A stretch of 64,000 nucleotides of DNA from Clostridia bacterium. GTDB taxonomy: Bacteria > Bacillota > Clostridia > Christensenellales > CAG-917. The translations under genes were made by a program, and so were the position numbers. This document shows positions 35,730 through 44,803 of the stretch, one piece after another; position 1 is the first letter of the stretch, and every line of letters starts with the position of its first letter. A model generated the notes under the pieces. The model searched no databases. It saw only the letters and a list, made by a program, of their open reading frames with translations, and was not told the origin of the DNA. The DNA is taken from NCBI GenBank assembly GCA_017553325.1, contig JAFZMH010000007.1:32751-96750 (forward strand), given 5' to 3'.

Positions 35730-36585
35730 GAGAGAGGTTCAAGGCGTTTGAGAGTAAGACGGACGCGTTTTCCGCATAGACATCGACGTCCTTGGGCGCG
35801 ACTACGAGGTTGGACATATTTCTGTCGGCAAGCATACTCCTGAACGCATATTCGTCGAGAGGCGCGTCTACCAATTTGAAAAAGTCCTTGAAAAGTCCGT
35901 ACGTCAGCGTATTGAGCGAAAGTAACATCGGCACGCCGATTGAAAGTACGGGAACGCCGAGCACGGAGGAGTCTATTCTCTCCTTGTCCCCGCCCACTCC
36001 GCTCCCCGGCGTTATGCCCGCGGTTGAAAGTTGAAAAGACACTCCCACCCTCTTTGGGACGCTCGTCGCAAGGCTGTCTATAAGCACGGCAAAACAAGGT
36101 TCGATTTCCTTGACCACACCCTTTATAAACCTCGACGTCTGTATGCCAGTTTTGCCCAAAACGCTGGTTGATATGGCGCATACGGGAGGTTTATTTGCGG
36201 GTTTTTGCAATTTGTCGCTCGTCACTTCAAGTTTGTCGAACACCTTTTTGCCAAGGGAATCCGCGGCGATATTGCCGTTTCCGAGACACGCAACGAGCAC
36301 GGGATGCGTTCGGCTTTTCGCACCAATAAATCGCTTTATCGTCTGCGCAAGATAGGTCTCGATTGCCTTCGCGGGGCGAGAGCTCAAATATATCGACCTC
36401 TCGCAATCAAAAGTCGTATAGTCTCCAACCGCCCTACAAAGCCTGTCCGAAAGCTCCTTCGTCGTGATTTTGAGACTCCGCTTTACTATGCCGAATTCCA
36501 GTTCTTGCGACTTGCAATACTCGTTGAGCCCTAAATTTTCGGCGGTCTCCACCGCCATATCCGTGATGAAATCTTGAAATAACAC
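35716..36585 (-). CDS. gpr: Germination protease GPR (spore endopeptidase, A25 family)
   Basis: 289 aa. TDMAVE, GNGNIAADSLG, GITPGSGVGGDKE motifs. GTG start. Divergent from rpsT as in other spore formers. Confidence 0.8.
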   Translation of the reverse strand: MLFQDFITDMAVETAENLGLNEYCKSQELEFGIVKRSLKITTKELSDRLCRAVGDYTTFDCERSIYLSSRPAKAIETYLAQTIKRFIGAKSRTHPVLVACLGNGNIAADSLGKKVFDKLEVTSDKLQKPANKPPVCAISTSVLGKTGIQTSRFIKGVVKEIEPCFAVLIDSLATSVPKRVGVSFQLSTAGITPGSGVGGDKERIDSSVLGVPVLSIGVPMLLSLNTLTYGLFKDFFKLVDAPLDEYAFRSMLADRNMSNLVVAPKDVDVYAENASVLLSNALNLSLTRA

Positions 36586-36626
36586 AAGATTATTATTGCA
36601 AAACTGAAAAAATCAATGCAAAACGG

Positions 36627-36655
36627 TTGCAAGTTTTTTCTCTTTATGTTAATAT
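36627..36655 (+). promoter_or_regulatory. rpsT promoter (TTGCAA-17-TAATAT, TGn-extended)
   Basis: TTGCAA at 36627-32, TGTTAATAT at 36647-55. Confidence 0.6.
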
Positions 36656-36695
36656 GTCAAAGATATTTAGAGTACGAAGGTACAAGGAGTAAAAT

Positions 36696-36968
36696 ATGCC
36701 AAATATTAAGTCAGCAAAAAAGAGAGTTCTTACGTCTCAAAAGAAAAACGAAATCAACACAGCAAAAAAGAGCCGTGTTAAAACCGCTATAAAGAAATAC
36801 AACGCAGCGCTCGAAGCAGGCGACCTCGCTCTCGCAGAAGAACTTCTTCCGGAGACCGTCTCCATCATCGACAGAGCTATGTCCGACGGCATCTACAAAA
36901 AGAACACCGCCGCAAGAAAGAAAGCAACTCTCTGCCGCGCGCTCGATCAAGCAAAAGCAAACAAGTAA
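36696..36968 (+). CDS. rpsT: 30S ribosomal protein S20
   Basis: 90 aa. MPNIKSAKKRVLTSQKKNEINTAKKSRVKTAIKK. Confidence 0.96.
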   Translation: MPNIKSAKKRVLTSQKKNEINTAKKSRVKTAIKKYNAALEAGDLALAEELLPETVSIIDRAMSDGIYKKNTAARKKATLCRALDQAKANK

Positions 36969-36984
36969 TCAGTTTTTCAGTCAA

Positions 36985-37015
36985 AAAAGACTGTTCGTTT
37001 GAACAGTCTTTTTTT
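36985..37015. terminator. Bidirectional terminator (rpsT / S8 peptidase)
   Basis: aagactgttc-gttt-gaacagtctt with an A-run before and T-run after. Confidence 0.85.
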
Positions 37016-37046
37016 CGTTGCAAAATTTTGTTAAAACCCGTTATTC

Positions 37047-38906
37047 TCAGTCGTCGGACTTGATTTTCCCCGCCCTTCTTTGCAGGAAATAGCACCCGAA
37101 ACATATTGCGAATACCAAGATAATTCCACCCGCTATACCGATTGCGATATACGTATAAAGTTTGCCGTTGTCGGGCGCGGGTTCTTCAATTTGGACGAAA
37201 AAGACGTTGTCTATAAGCTCTCCGTTGACCTTGACGGTCACAACGTATTCGCCGTACTCTTCGGGGGTAAACTCGAAGACGTACTGCCCCGCTCCGCCCT
37301 TCTTGTACTCGCCGTTGACGTACCAAGCCACGGCGACGTTGTCCTTGCAATTCAGATAGTCCGAAATGTTGAAAACGTAGGTCTGCCCGACCTCGAATTC
37401 CGTCTCATCGCATTCTATCTCCGTCGTCTCTTTGGACGGAGTGACGAAATCTACGGTCACGGTCTTGGTCGCGCTCAAATTGTAATAGGCGGACGTGTAT
37501 CTTGCGACGATATCGTATTCGCCGACCTCGTCGCCCGGGGTAAACTCAGCGGACCGCCCTCTGCCTATTTCAATTTCCTCTTCGCCATTGTCGAGATACC
37601 ATACTATATCGTTTGAAAGCTCGTCGTTTTCACTGCTAGTCGGAAGCAGCGACGCAAAAAATTTCACCTTTTTGACGTCGCCTTTGGTCTGTTCGAGCGC
37701 GGAATTATCGCAGTCGATATATATCGAATAAAGCCCGTCGTCGGAGGCAAAGACGTTCATATCGAAAACTTTGAGCAAAACTTTGTTGTAGACGAGCGTC
37801 GAACTGTATGAAAACTTTATGATATTTGCAATTTCGCGCGGGTCCTTTGCGTTGTTTTCGCCCGTAGCCGCGGCGATTGCTCTGTATTTCAGCGTCGCGA
37901 GCGCAGCCCCAAAAGAAACGATAGGCGTCGCCATACTCGTACCGGTCAACGACTTATAGCCGTCGTTCGTCGCTCCGTCCGCGGACATAATACTCGCGCC
38001 GGGGGCCGCCAAATCGTATACCTTGCCATAGTTCGAGGTCGACCAAAGCGCGTATTTGTCGCCAACGTGCGAGAGGTTCATAACGCCTATGACGTTGGCG
38101 TTTGCGGCGGGATAATAGTAGTCGACTTTGCCACCGAAAACATTTGTCGTACTCATCTTGCCGTTGTTTCCTGCGGCGGCGACAAGCACGGCGGAATCCG
38201 CAAGTTCGCTCGTGATTATTCTGTCGTATTCAAGGTCGTTTGCGGCTCTGCTTGTCAATGACATGTTGATTACGTCCGCGCCGTTTTCTTTTGCGAATTC
38301 AAGCGCGTTTGCAAGAGTCGTAGGTGAAAAAGACGAGCCGCTATCCTTTGGATACGCCGCCTTTATAGGCAAAATTTTGATGTATTTTTCAAGGTTTAAT
38401 TCGTGTATAAGTATTGCGATTGTGCCGGCTACGTGGGTGCCGTGCATATCGGGCGCGTCGTCCAGAACGTCGTCTGATGCATATTGCTTTGCGGTGACGG
38501 TGTTTTTGCATATCAAATTGCCTTCCGAATCTCGATAAAGCACGTCGTACTCACCTGCGCCCTCGCTCTCGACAGTAGCGCCGTTTTCATCGTATTTGCC
38601 CGTGAAGATCTGATGATTGAAATTGATGCCGGAGTCAATGACCGCCACGACGACGGGGTTTCTTTCGAGCGCGGAAAAGTTGTAGACTCTTTCGTCCTCA
38701 AACCAGCTGTTTACAGTAGTTTTGAGAGTTGCAATATCCAAAAAATTCTCGCCGAAATACCAGTCTTTGTCCTCGTCTACAACGTCGAAAACGTATTCGT
38801 CCGGCGAAACTGCATAAGTCGAATTTACAAAAACTCCGCAAAAAACAAAAAGGACGCACGACGCTATCGAAAAAAGTATCGTCGCTGTCCTTATTGCCAG
38901 TTTCAT
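37047..38906 (-). CDS. Membrane-anchored S8 (subtilisin-like) serine peptidase with C-terminal Ig/PKD-like domains
   Basis: 619 aa. Signal peptide, catalytic triad VAVIDSGIN / HGTHVAGTIA / GTSMATPIVS, C-terminal TM anchor YIAIGIAGGIILVFAICFGCYF. Confidence 0.85.
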   Translation of the reverse strand: MKLAIRTATILFSIASCVLFVFCGVFVNSTYAVSPDEYVFDVVDEDKDWYFGENFLDIATLKTTVNSWFEDERVYNFSALERNPVVVAVIDSGINFNHQIFTGKYDENGATVESEGAGEYDVLYRDSEGNLICKNTVTAKQYASDDVLDDAPDMHGTHVAGTIAILIHELNLEKYIKILPIKAAYPKDSGSSFSPTTLANALEFAKENGADVINMSLTSRAANDLEYDRIITSELADSAVLVAAAGNNGKMSTTNVFGGKVDYYYPAANANVIGVMNLSHVGDKYALWSTSNYGKVYDLAAPGASIMSADGATNDGYKSLTGTSMATPIVSFGAALATLKYRAIAAATGENNAKDPREIANIIKFSYSSTLVYNKVLLKVFDMNVFASDDGLYSIYIDCDNSALEQTKGDVKKVKFFASLLPTSSENDELSNDIVWYLDNGEEEIEIGRGRSAEFTPGDEVGEYDIVARYTSAYYNLSATKTVTVDFVTPSKETTEIECDETEFEVGQTYVFNISDYLNCKDNVAVAWYVNGEYKKGGAGQYVFEFTPEEYGEYVVTVKVNGELIDNVFFVQIEEPAPDNGKLYTYIAIGIAGGIILVFAICFGCYFLQRRAGKIKSDD

Positions 38907-38916
38907 AGTTCACCCC

Positions 38917-38937
38917 AAAACCGTGCTAGCGGTTTTT
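38917..38937 (-). terminator. Hairpin terminator between the WG-repeat gene and the peptidase gene
   Basis: aaaaccg-tgctag-cggtttt. T4 follows on the minus strand. Confidence 0.5.
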
Positions 38938-38943
38938 ATTCTA

Positions 38944-39798
38944 TCAAATCCAAACGAGACTGCCGTCGGGTTTTATCGTCGCCCATTTGCCGTCCTTCTT
39001 GACCTTTGCCTCTCCGCCTTCGAATGCGGTTGCGGCGTCGAATTCGGGGGCAATCACCATCTCGTTGTTCTTGTTGATATAGCCGCACTTCTCGCCGACG
39101 CAAACCATTGCCAAGCCTTCCGAAAAACTCATAGCCGTGTCGTACATGAGCGGAATGACCAAATTGTTGTCCTTGTCGATATATCCGCACTTCTCGTCGA
39201 CCTCAACGGAAGCAAGCCCCTCTTTGAAAGCAAAGATTTCGTCGTACATAGTGGGAATAACGATGGAAAAACCGTTGGAGTATCCCCACTTGCCACCTTT
39301 CAAGACCTTGCGCCACTCCTCGATGGGAAGAGGCCCCGTAAGTTTTTCCGGCTTTTCGGGCTTTTGAGGTTTCGCAGGTTGTTTCGATGCCGTATCGTCT
39401 CTGCCGTCCCTGTCGGCAAGCCCGAATTTTGCGCGTTTGTCCTTCTTTTGTTCCTGATTATTCTCGCTCTTTTGCGGTTGCTTTTGAGCGGTTGAAACAC
39501 TTTCGTCTCCGCCTCTTAAATACATTCCCTTCTGCTTCAAGGCGTTTTTGATTTCAAGGAGAATCTTCTTGTTGAGCCCTTGAATCTTGTACATTTCCTT
39601 CTCGTCACGCTTGACGACGTCCGCCGCTATCTTGACGCGGTTTTTGAGGAGAAGTTCAACGGTAGTGGAAGACAACCCGAGGTTTTCCACGGGCGTCGTG
39701 AGTTGCTTTTCACTGAATTTTGCCACCTGCGCCTGTTCCGCTTCGACGTTTTTTTGCGCGGGTTTGCGTTTTTTATAATAAAACTTTTTGTTTGCCAT
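38944..39798 (-). CDS. RpoA-CTD-like helix-hairpin-helix domain fused to WG (KWG) beta-repeats
   Basis: 284 aa. N-terminal LGLSSTTVELLLKNRVKIAADVV...IQGLNKKILLEIKNAL, a low-complexity linker, then three repeats of the type KCGYIDKDNNLVIPLMYD..FSEGLA. Confidence 0.65.
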   Translation of the reverse strand: MANKKFYYKKRKPAQKNVEAEQAQVAKFSEKQLTTPVENLGLSSTTVELLLKNRVKIAADVVKRDEKEMYKIQGLNKKILLEIKNALKQKGMYLRGGDESVSTAQKQPQKSENNQEQKKDKRAKFGLADRDGRDDTASKQPAKPQKPEKPEKLTGPLPIEEWRKVLKGGKWGYSNGFSIVIPTMYDEIFAFKEGLASVEVDEKCGYIDKDNNLVIPLMYDTAMSFSEGLAMVCVGEKCGYINKNNEMVIAPEFDAATAFEGGEAKVKKDGKWATIKPDGSLVWI

Positions 39799-39922
39799 AT
39801 TCTTTTCCTTTTAAAAATATTAACATAAAATACGAAATATTTCAAGTGATAAACTTATAATTATCATTATAATAAACTTTATTGTTGTTGACTAAACCAC
39901 CTTCAGAGTTTATACTTAATTT

Positions 39923-42310
39923 ATGACACACAAATTCTCAAACGACAAATTTTTGATATTTTCTGTGATAGTCGTCGCGGTGTTGACGCTTTTTGCGGCG
40001 GTGTTTATTTTTGCGCCGATTTCAAGCGGAACGGCTTTTGCGGACGGCGAAGTCGACGTCGTGTTCCCGACGAGCGGCTATATGCAATCGGAAGCGCCGA
40101 CTCTGATTTCCGCAAACGAGAACTATCTTCTCATCTACGACTCGGCACAAAACAGACTGTACGTCAGGTCGAACACGAATCTCGGCAATTACGACTACGT
40201 TTTGAACCTCGCGAGCGCGGACAAACTTTTTGCGGTTGGAAACAAGGCGTTTTTCGTCGCGGACGATGCCTATTACTCCCTCGATTTAACAAGCAAAACC
40301 TCCGCTCTCCAACAGGTTGCGCTCGCCACGCCGGATGAAATCTCGTATTTCACCTCGGACGGGACTTATCTCTACGCGGTGTCGAGCTGGGGCTATATCA
40401 CGATATACGACGATAGTTTCGCTCCCGCGCTCAACCACAATAACACGAGAAACGCAAATCTGCTCGGTGAACTTGCGCTCGTCGGCGAAGCCGATACCCT
40501 CTATATCTTCGGAACGAGCTACGGGTTTGCGAGATACACGATTTTGAACCTAACCTCAGGCGATGCGGAACAACTGGCAAGTCCTTTGTCGGGCGTTCAG
40601 GCGGCGTCTTTGGGAAGCGACGTTATATACGCCTTGTCGAGCGGAGAAATCATCTGCGTCGACAAGTCCACTGGGACTATGCTCCTGTCAAGCGGTATCG
40701 AACCCACCGCGTTTTCCGCCTATGGCGACAAACTCTTTACGATTGAAGGAAACAGTGTGCGCGTGTATACGCTGTCGAACGATTTGACAAGTATAGAACT
40801 CGTTGACTCACTCTCTATGACGGGCAACGACGCAACGCATTTCAATAGCCCCGTCGACATCGAAAAACTCCCCTCAAAATTTGCCGTTGCGGACGCAAAC
40901 AACAACCGCATAGCCTATTTCGACGGCACCGGGAACGAACTTTCATCCTTCCAACTCGACTCGACGCCAAAGCGTTTGACTCGCGACGGAAGCGTGCTTT
41001 ACATTCTCACGGACAATCAAATTCTCGAACTAGACAGTTTGTACGTCAAGACGCGCTACGACGCAGAAGGCGTGATCGATATACTCTATCTCGACAAACT
41101 CTACGCTTTGAAAGCGGACGGCGTGTACGTGCTGATAGGCGGCGAATTCTCCAAGTTCTACGACGTGCAGAACGCGGTCTCACTCGCTTGCGCCGAGGAA
41201 GGTAAAAACCTGTTCGTCGGCACGGCGACTGAAATAGTCGTACTCGACAAGCAAGGAACCAAACTCCCGACTGCCCTCACCGGCGACTTTGCGGGACTCA
41301 AAGATATTGCCGTCGACTATGCGGGCAATATCGTCGTTGCATACGCGGACAAGGTCGACCTATATACGAACAACATAAGTTCCTTGGCTCTCGCGTCCTC
41401 CACGCCACTTGCGGGCGAATACAGAGCGACCTTGACGGGTTGCGTGCTCGCGGGCGACAGAGTGTGTTTTACAACGCAAGAGTCCTACGTCGGCTCCTTG
41501 CAATTAAACGTATTTACAAAGGCAACGTACGCCGCTCCTCAAATTGCGGACGACGTTTACTCCCTCGCCTACTCGTATATGCGCCCCTCGAGCGAAAACG
41601 CATACGTTCTTCCGAGCACGCTGAGAGCGGAGAGCATTTCGCTCGCTCCTCAGGACGTGGTCATCGTCTTGCAATACGAAGCCGCGCCACAGGGGCTTAA
41701 ACTCGCCTTCGACGGCACTTCCCTAACGTTTATTCACGAAAATGACTTTGAAGTGGTTGAAACCGAGGCTTTAACAGGCGAATACGTCGCAAAAGAAGAA
41801 ACAGTGCTATACAAAATGCCGAACGTTGAAAGCGCAAATAACGTGACGCTCGCAAGCGACGAGCACGTCGTTTTCAAGCGCACGACCGCAGGTTTTGACG
41901 GCGGTATTTGGGTTGTCGTCGAATATGAAAACGCAGAGTATTTTGCAAAACGAGCCGACTTTGAAGAATACGTCGCTCCCGCCCCCGAACGCAAAGCGGA
42001 ATACGGCAGAGCAAAGGGAACGCGCGTCGGCGGAATTGTCAACGTCTATGCTTCGGCAGACGCGGAAAGCGAAATAATCCTTGAAATCGCGGACGGCGCA
42101 AAAGTTGAAATTCTTGAAACCCTCGACGGCTTCTACAAAGTAAAAGTTGACGAAACCGTCGGCTATATGAGAAGCGAGGACGTGCAACTCAAGGGACTCA
42201 CTACCGTGCAAATCATCTCAATCGTGCTTGCGGTTTTGGTGTTGCTTGCAGGCTCGACGGTCTTTGCCGCAATATACCTCACAAAAAAGAAAGAAGCCAC
42301 AAAAGAATAA
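39923..42310 (+). CDS. Large surface protein: N-terminal signal/anchor, beta-propeller-like repeats, SH3b-like domain, C-terminal TM anchor
   Basis: 795 aa. Repeated YxxxxG/LY(A/V) blade-like segments. SH3b-like GGIVNVYASADAESEIILEIADGAKVEILETLDGFYKVKVDETVGYMRSEDV. C-terminal TM IISIVLAVLVLLAGSTVFAAIYL. Function unknown. Confidence 0.6.
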   Translation: MTHKFSNDKFLIFSVIVVAVLTLFAAVFIFAPISSGTAFADGEVDVVFPTSGYMQSEAPTLISANENYLLIYDSAQNRLYVRSNTNLGNYDYVLNLASADKLFAVGNKAFFVADDAYYSLDLTSKTSALQQVALATPDEISYFTSDGTYLYAVSSWGYITIYDDSFAPALNHNNTRNANLLGELALVGEADTLYIFGTSYGFARYTILNLTSGDAEQLASPLSGVQAASLGSDVIYALSSGEIICVDKSTGTMLLSSGIEPTAFSAYGDKLFTIEGNSVRVYTLSNDLTSIELVDSLSMTGNDATHFNSPVDIEKLPSKFAVADANNNRIAYFDGTGNELSSFQLDSTPKRLTRDGSVLYILTDNQILELDSLYVKTRYDAEGVIDILYLDKLYALKADGVYVLIGGEFSKFYDVQNAVSLACAEEGKNLFVGTATEIVVLDKQGTKLPTALTGDFAGLKDIAVDYAGNIVVAYADKVDLYTNNISSLALASSTPLAGEYRATLTGCVLAGDRVCFTTQESYVGSLQLNVFTKATYAAPQIADDVYSLAYSYMRPSSENAYVLPSTLRAESISLAPQDVVIVLQYEAAPQGLKLAFDGTSLTFIHENDFEVVETEALTGEYVAKEETVLYKMPNVESANNVTLASDEHVVFKRTTAGFDGGIWVVVEYENAEYFAKRADFEEYVAPAPERKAEYGRAKGTRVGGIVNVYASADAESEIILEIADGAKVEILETLDGFYKVKVDETVGYMRSEDVQLKGLTTVQIISIVLAVLVLLAGSTVFAAIYLTKKKEATKE

Positions 42311-42342
42311 ATATGATTTGGTTTTCTTATCTCATCAAATTT

Positions 42343-42369
42343 AAAGGACTTCTTCAAGAAGTCCTTTTT
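42343..42369 (+). terminator. Rho-independent terminator (usable from both strands)
   Basis: aaaggacttct-tca-agaagtccttt followed by T5. Confidence 0.85.
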
Positions 42370-42440
42370 GCTAAATGAATTATACTATTTAACAACAAAT
42401 GAGCGCGATATTTGGATGAAGAGCGCAAATAATAATGTTT

Positions 42441-42563
42441 AAAACCGCTCGGGAGTGATGAGATGCTAGGAAGGACGCTTTGTTTGAAAAGAGCGTACTT
42501 TTGCGTACGTGATTGCACTAAAAAAGCGACCTAACAACGCAGGTCGCTCTCTCGTGCGGTTTT
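42441..42563 (+). repeat. AYGAG-core structured intergenic element, copy E (long form)
   Basis: Closing helix aaaaccgc-t-cgggag (42441-55) / ctctcg-t-gcggtttt (42549-63). Core ATGAG-ATGC-TAGGAAG. Outer helix ggacgcttt/aaagcgacc. Apical hairpin gcgtac-ttttgc-gtacgt. 3' core CTAACAAC-GCAG-GTCGC. The 3' arm overlaps the stop codon (42562-64) of the reductase gene. Confidence 0.8.
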
Positions 42564-44670
42564 ATTTAATCTTGTGGATGGCAACGTCATACGCCGCTCT
42601 AGTAGCATCCGCAATACGCCCTATCTTGCTTGCGTCGCCCACGACGAAGAGTCTTTCAAACTTGCCATCAAACTCTTTTGCGAGATTGTTGACGGGACGT
42701 GCGCCAAGCGACAGCACCACTGCGTCGAAATCATAGTGCTCGGGTGCGCCTGTGGACACCGGCTTTCTGTTCTTGTCAAGTTTGACGGGTTCAAGCACTA
42801 CGCCTGTCTCATCAATCGAGTTGAGTTTGTGAGAAAGAATATATTCCGTCCCCTTCGCGTTGAGTTTGGGGAGAACGTCGTCGAGGTGCTGGAACCAAGT
42901 GCCGGGGGCGACTCTGTCCGCCATTTCGACGATTGTCACCTTGTTGCCGTATTCGACGAGCATTTCGGCGGTTTCAAGTCCCGTCATACCCGAGCCGATA
43001 AGAGCGACGTTTTTGTTTTCGAGATACTTTTCACCGCTCAAAATCTGCGTCGTCGTGTAGACGTTTTCGCGGTTGACGCCCTCGATTGAACGCGGACGCA
43101 CTGCGCACGCGCCGGTTGCAATGATGACTGCGTACGGGTTGAGCGCTTGTACGGTTTCAAGGTCCGCCTTTACGCCGAGACGAATTTCCGCGCCGACTTT
43201 TTCCGCATTGGTCTTCATATCGACGAAGCACCAGCCGAGTTTCTCCTTCTTTGGCGGTTTGTTGGCGAGTTGAATTTGTCCGCCGACTTCCTTTGCCTGT
43301 TCGAGAACGATAGGTTTGAACCCGCGTCTACCAAGCATTTCCGCCGCCGTGAGACCCGCAACGCCTGCGCCTACGACGACGACAGTTCTGCCCTCGCCGT
43401 CCTTGACGAGATTGTCAAATTCTCTTTCGCGCCCGACAGTCGGGTTGACGGAGCAATAGCCGTGGTCGCCGTGATAGGCGTTGTCCTGCATGGATTGTAT
43501 GCAGTAGAGACAGCAGATGCAACGCTTGATTTCGTCCTCTCTGCCCTCTTGCGCCTTTTCCGCCCAGTGCGGGTCAGCGATGTGCGGACGCCCGAGCGAC
43601 ACGAAGTCTTGTACGCCCTCTTCAAGTTGTTTTTCCGCTTGTTCGGGAGTTCTTATGAGGTTAGCGGCTATGACCGGAATGTTCACTTCCTTCTTGACCG
43701 CCGCCGCGAGATACTTTCTCCAGCCGCATTCAAAACTCGTTGGCTCTAGCCAATAGTTGAACGTGTCGTAGCTTGCGGACGAGACGTCAATTGCGTCCAC
43801 GCCCATATCGGCGATTGCCTTCGCATATTTGACGCCCTCTTCCATCGTGTAGCCTTTGCCGAGTTTGCCTATCTTCTCGTAGAATTCGTCAATGGTGAGA
43901 CGGACGACGATTGGATAATCTCCGCATTCCTTTCTTATGCCCTCGATGATTTCGCGCACGAACCGCAAGCGGTTTTCAAAACTTCCGCCGTATTCGTCAT
44001 TTCTGTGGTTTGTATTCGGGCTCAAAAATTGTTGGATGAGGTAGCCGTGCGTGCCGTGGAGTTCAACGCCGTCCACGCCTGCTTTTTTGCAGCGCACCGC
44101 ACCGTCTATATACTGTTGAATGAGTTGTTTGACTTCCTTGTGAGAGAGCGCTCTGACCGCGGTGTTCGCATAATATGCGGGTTCGCAAGCGGAGGCGGAG
44201 ACAGCCTTCTTGGAAATGTGATGCTTCTCAAGGAATGGCGCGAGTTTCGGAGCCATACTGAACAGCATCTTCGGGAACTTCTTGCAAATTCTCGTGCACG
44301 CGATGCAGAGAGGCACGGTGCCGATTGCAAGACCGACGTTTTGACGGCCCGGGTGATGCAGTTGCACGAAGAGTTTTGCGCCGTGTCTGTGAATACGATT
44401 TGCAAATTCCGTTAGTCCCGGTATTTGATAATCGTGGCTCACGCCGAGTTGCGCAAACGCCGCCGCGCCCGTCTTGTCGTTGATACGGGTAATCTCGGTC
44501 ATGATGAGTCCCGTTCCGCCCTTCGCGCGCTCCTCATAGTAGTCCATGAGTTGCTCGGTTGTGCATCCGTCGAATTGTCCGAAGCCCATGAGCATCGGGG
44601 ACATAACTATACGGTTTTTGATCTCGCAGTTGCCTATTTTCATAGGACTGAACAACATTTTGTATTCCAT
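42562..44670 (-). CDS. OYE-type FMN domain fused to FAD/NAD(P) oxidoreductase (2-enoate reductase / 2,4-dienoyl-CoA reductase family)
   Basis: Start trimmed to ATG 44670 (MEYKMLFSPMKIGN). LHHPGRQ, Fe-S motif CICCLYC...C, Rossmann VVVVGAGVAGLTAAE and ALIGSGMTGLE. Confidence 0.8.
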   Translation of the reverse strand: MEYKMLFSPMKIGNCEIKNRIVMSPMLMGFGQFDGCTTEQLMDYYEERAKGGTGLIMTEITRINDKTGAAAFAQLGVSHDYQIPGLTEFANRIHRHGAKLFVQLHHPGRQNVGLAIGTVPLCIACTRICKKFPKMLFSMAPKLAPFLEKHHISKKAVSASACEPAYYANTAVRALSHKEVKQLIQQYIDGAVRCKKAGVDGVELHGTHGYLIQQFLSPNTNHRNDEYGGSFENRLRFVREIIEGIRKECGDYPIVVRLTIDEFYEKIGKLGKGYTMEEGVKYAKAIADMGVDAIDVSSASYDTFNYWLEPTSFECGWRKYLAAAVKKEVNIPVIAANLIRTPEQAEKQLEEGVQDFVSLGRPHIADPHWAEKAQEGREDEIKRCICCLYCIQSMQDNAYHGDHGYCSVNPTVGREREFDNLVKDGEGRTVVVVGAGVAGLTAAEMLGRRGFKPIVLEQAKEVGGQIQLANKPPKKEKLGWCFVDMKTNAEKVGAEIRLGVKADLETVQALNPYAVIIATGACAVRPRSIEGVNRENVYTTTQILSGEKYLENKNVALIGSGMTGLETAEMLVEYGNKVTIVEMADRVAPGTWFQHLDDVLPKLNAKGTEYILSHKLNSIDETGVVLEPVKLDKNRKPVSTGAPEHYDFDAVVLSLGARPVNNLAKEFDGKFERLFVVGDASKIGRIADATRAAYDVAIHKIK

Positions 44671-44756
44671 AATTCTCCCCAAATTATTTTTTTAATACGT
44701 AAATATTTTAGCACTTTGAAATAGATATTTCAAGAGGGGTATAGCATTTTTTGTAA

Positions 44757-44780
44757 GAAAAAAAGGCACTTATGTGCCTT
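44757..44780 (-). terminator. Rho-independent terminator downstream of folD and element D
   Basis: On the minus strand: aaggcac-ataa-gtgcctt followed by T7. Confidence 0.8.
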
Positions 44781-44803
44781 CTATGGTTGCATTTTGTTAA
44801 AAT

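Noticed and set aside
42395-42440. A second ATGAG...GCGC stretch (aaatgagcgcgatatttggatgaagagcgcaaataa) just upstream of copy E.
   Set aside because: The flanks are not complementary and the internal core blocks are missing.
42458-42462. Reading the conserved (G)UGAUGAG/AUGAG of the repeat elements as a hammerhead CUGAUGA core, a box-C/K-turn motif, or (for GAGCGUAC...GUACGU) a group II intron domain 5.
   Set aside because: There is no matching GAAA/stem III/cleavage-site arrangement for a hammerhead. The opposite strand lacks the sheared GA needed for a K-turn. The hairpin has only 6 bp and no bulge, against the 14-bp bulged D5. No intron ORF or other intron domains are present.
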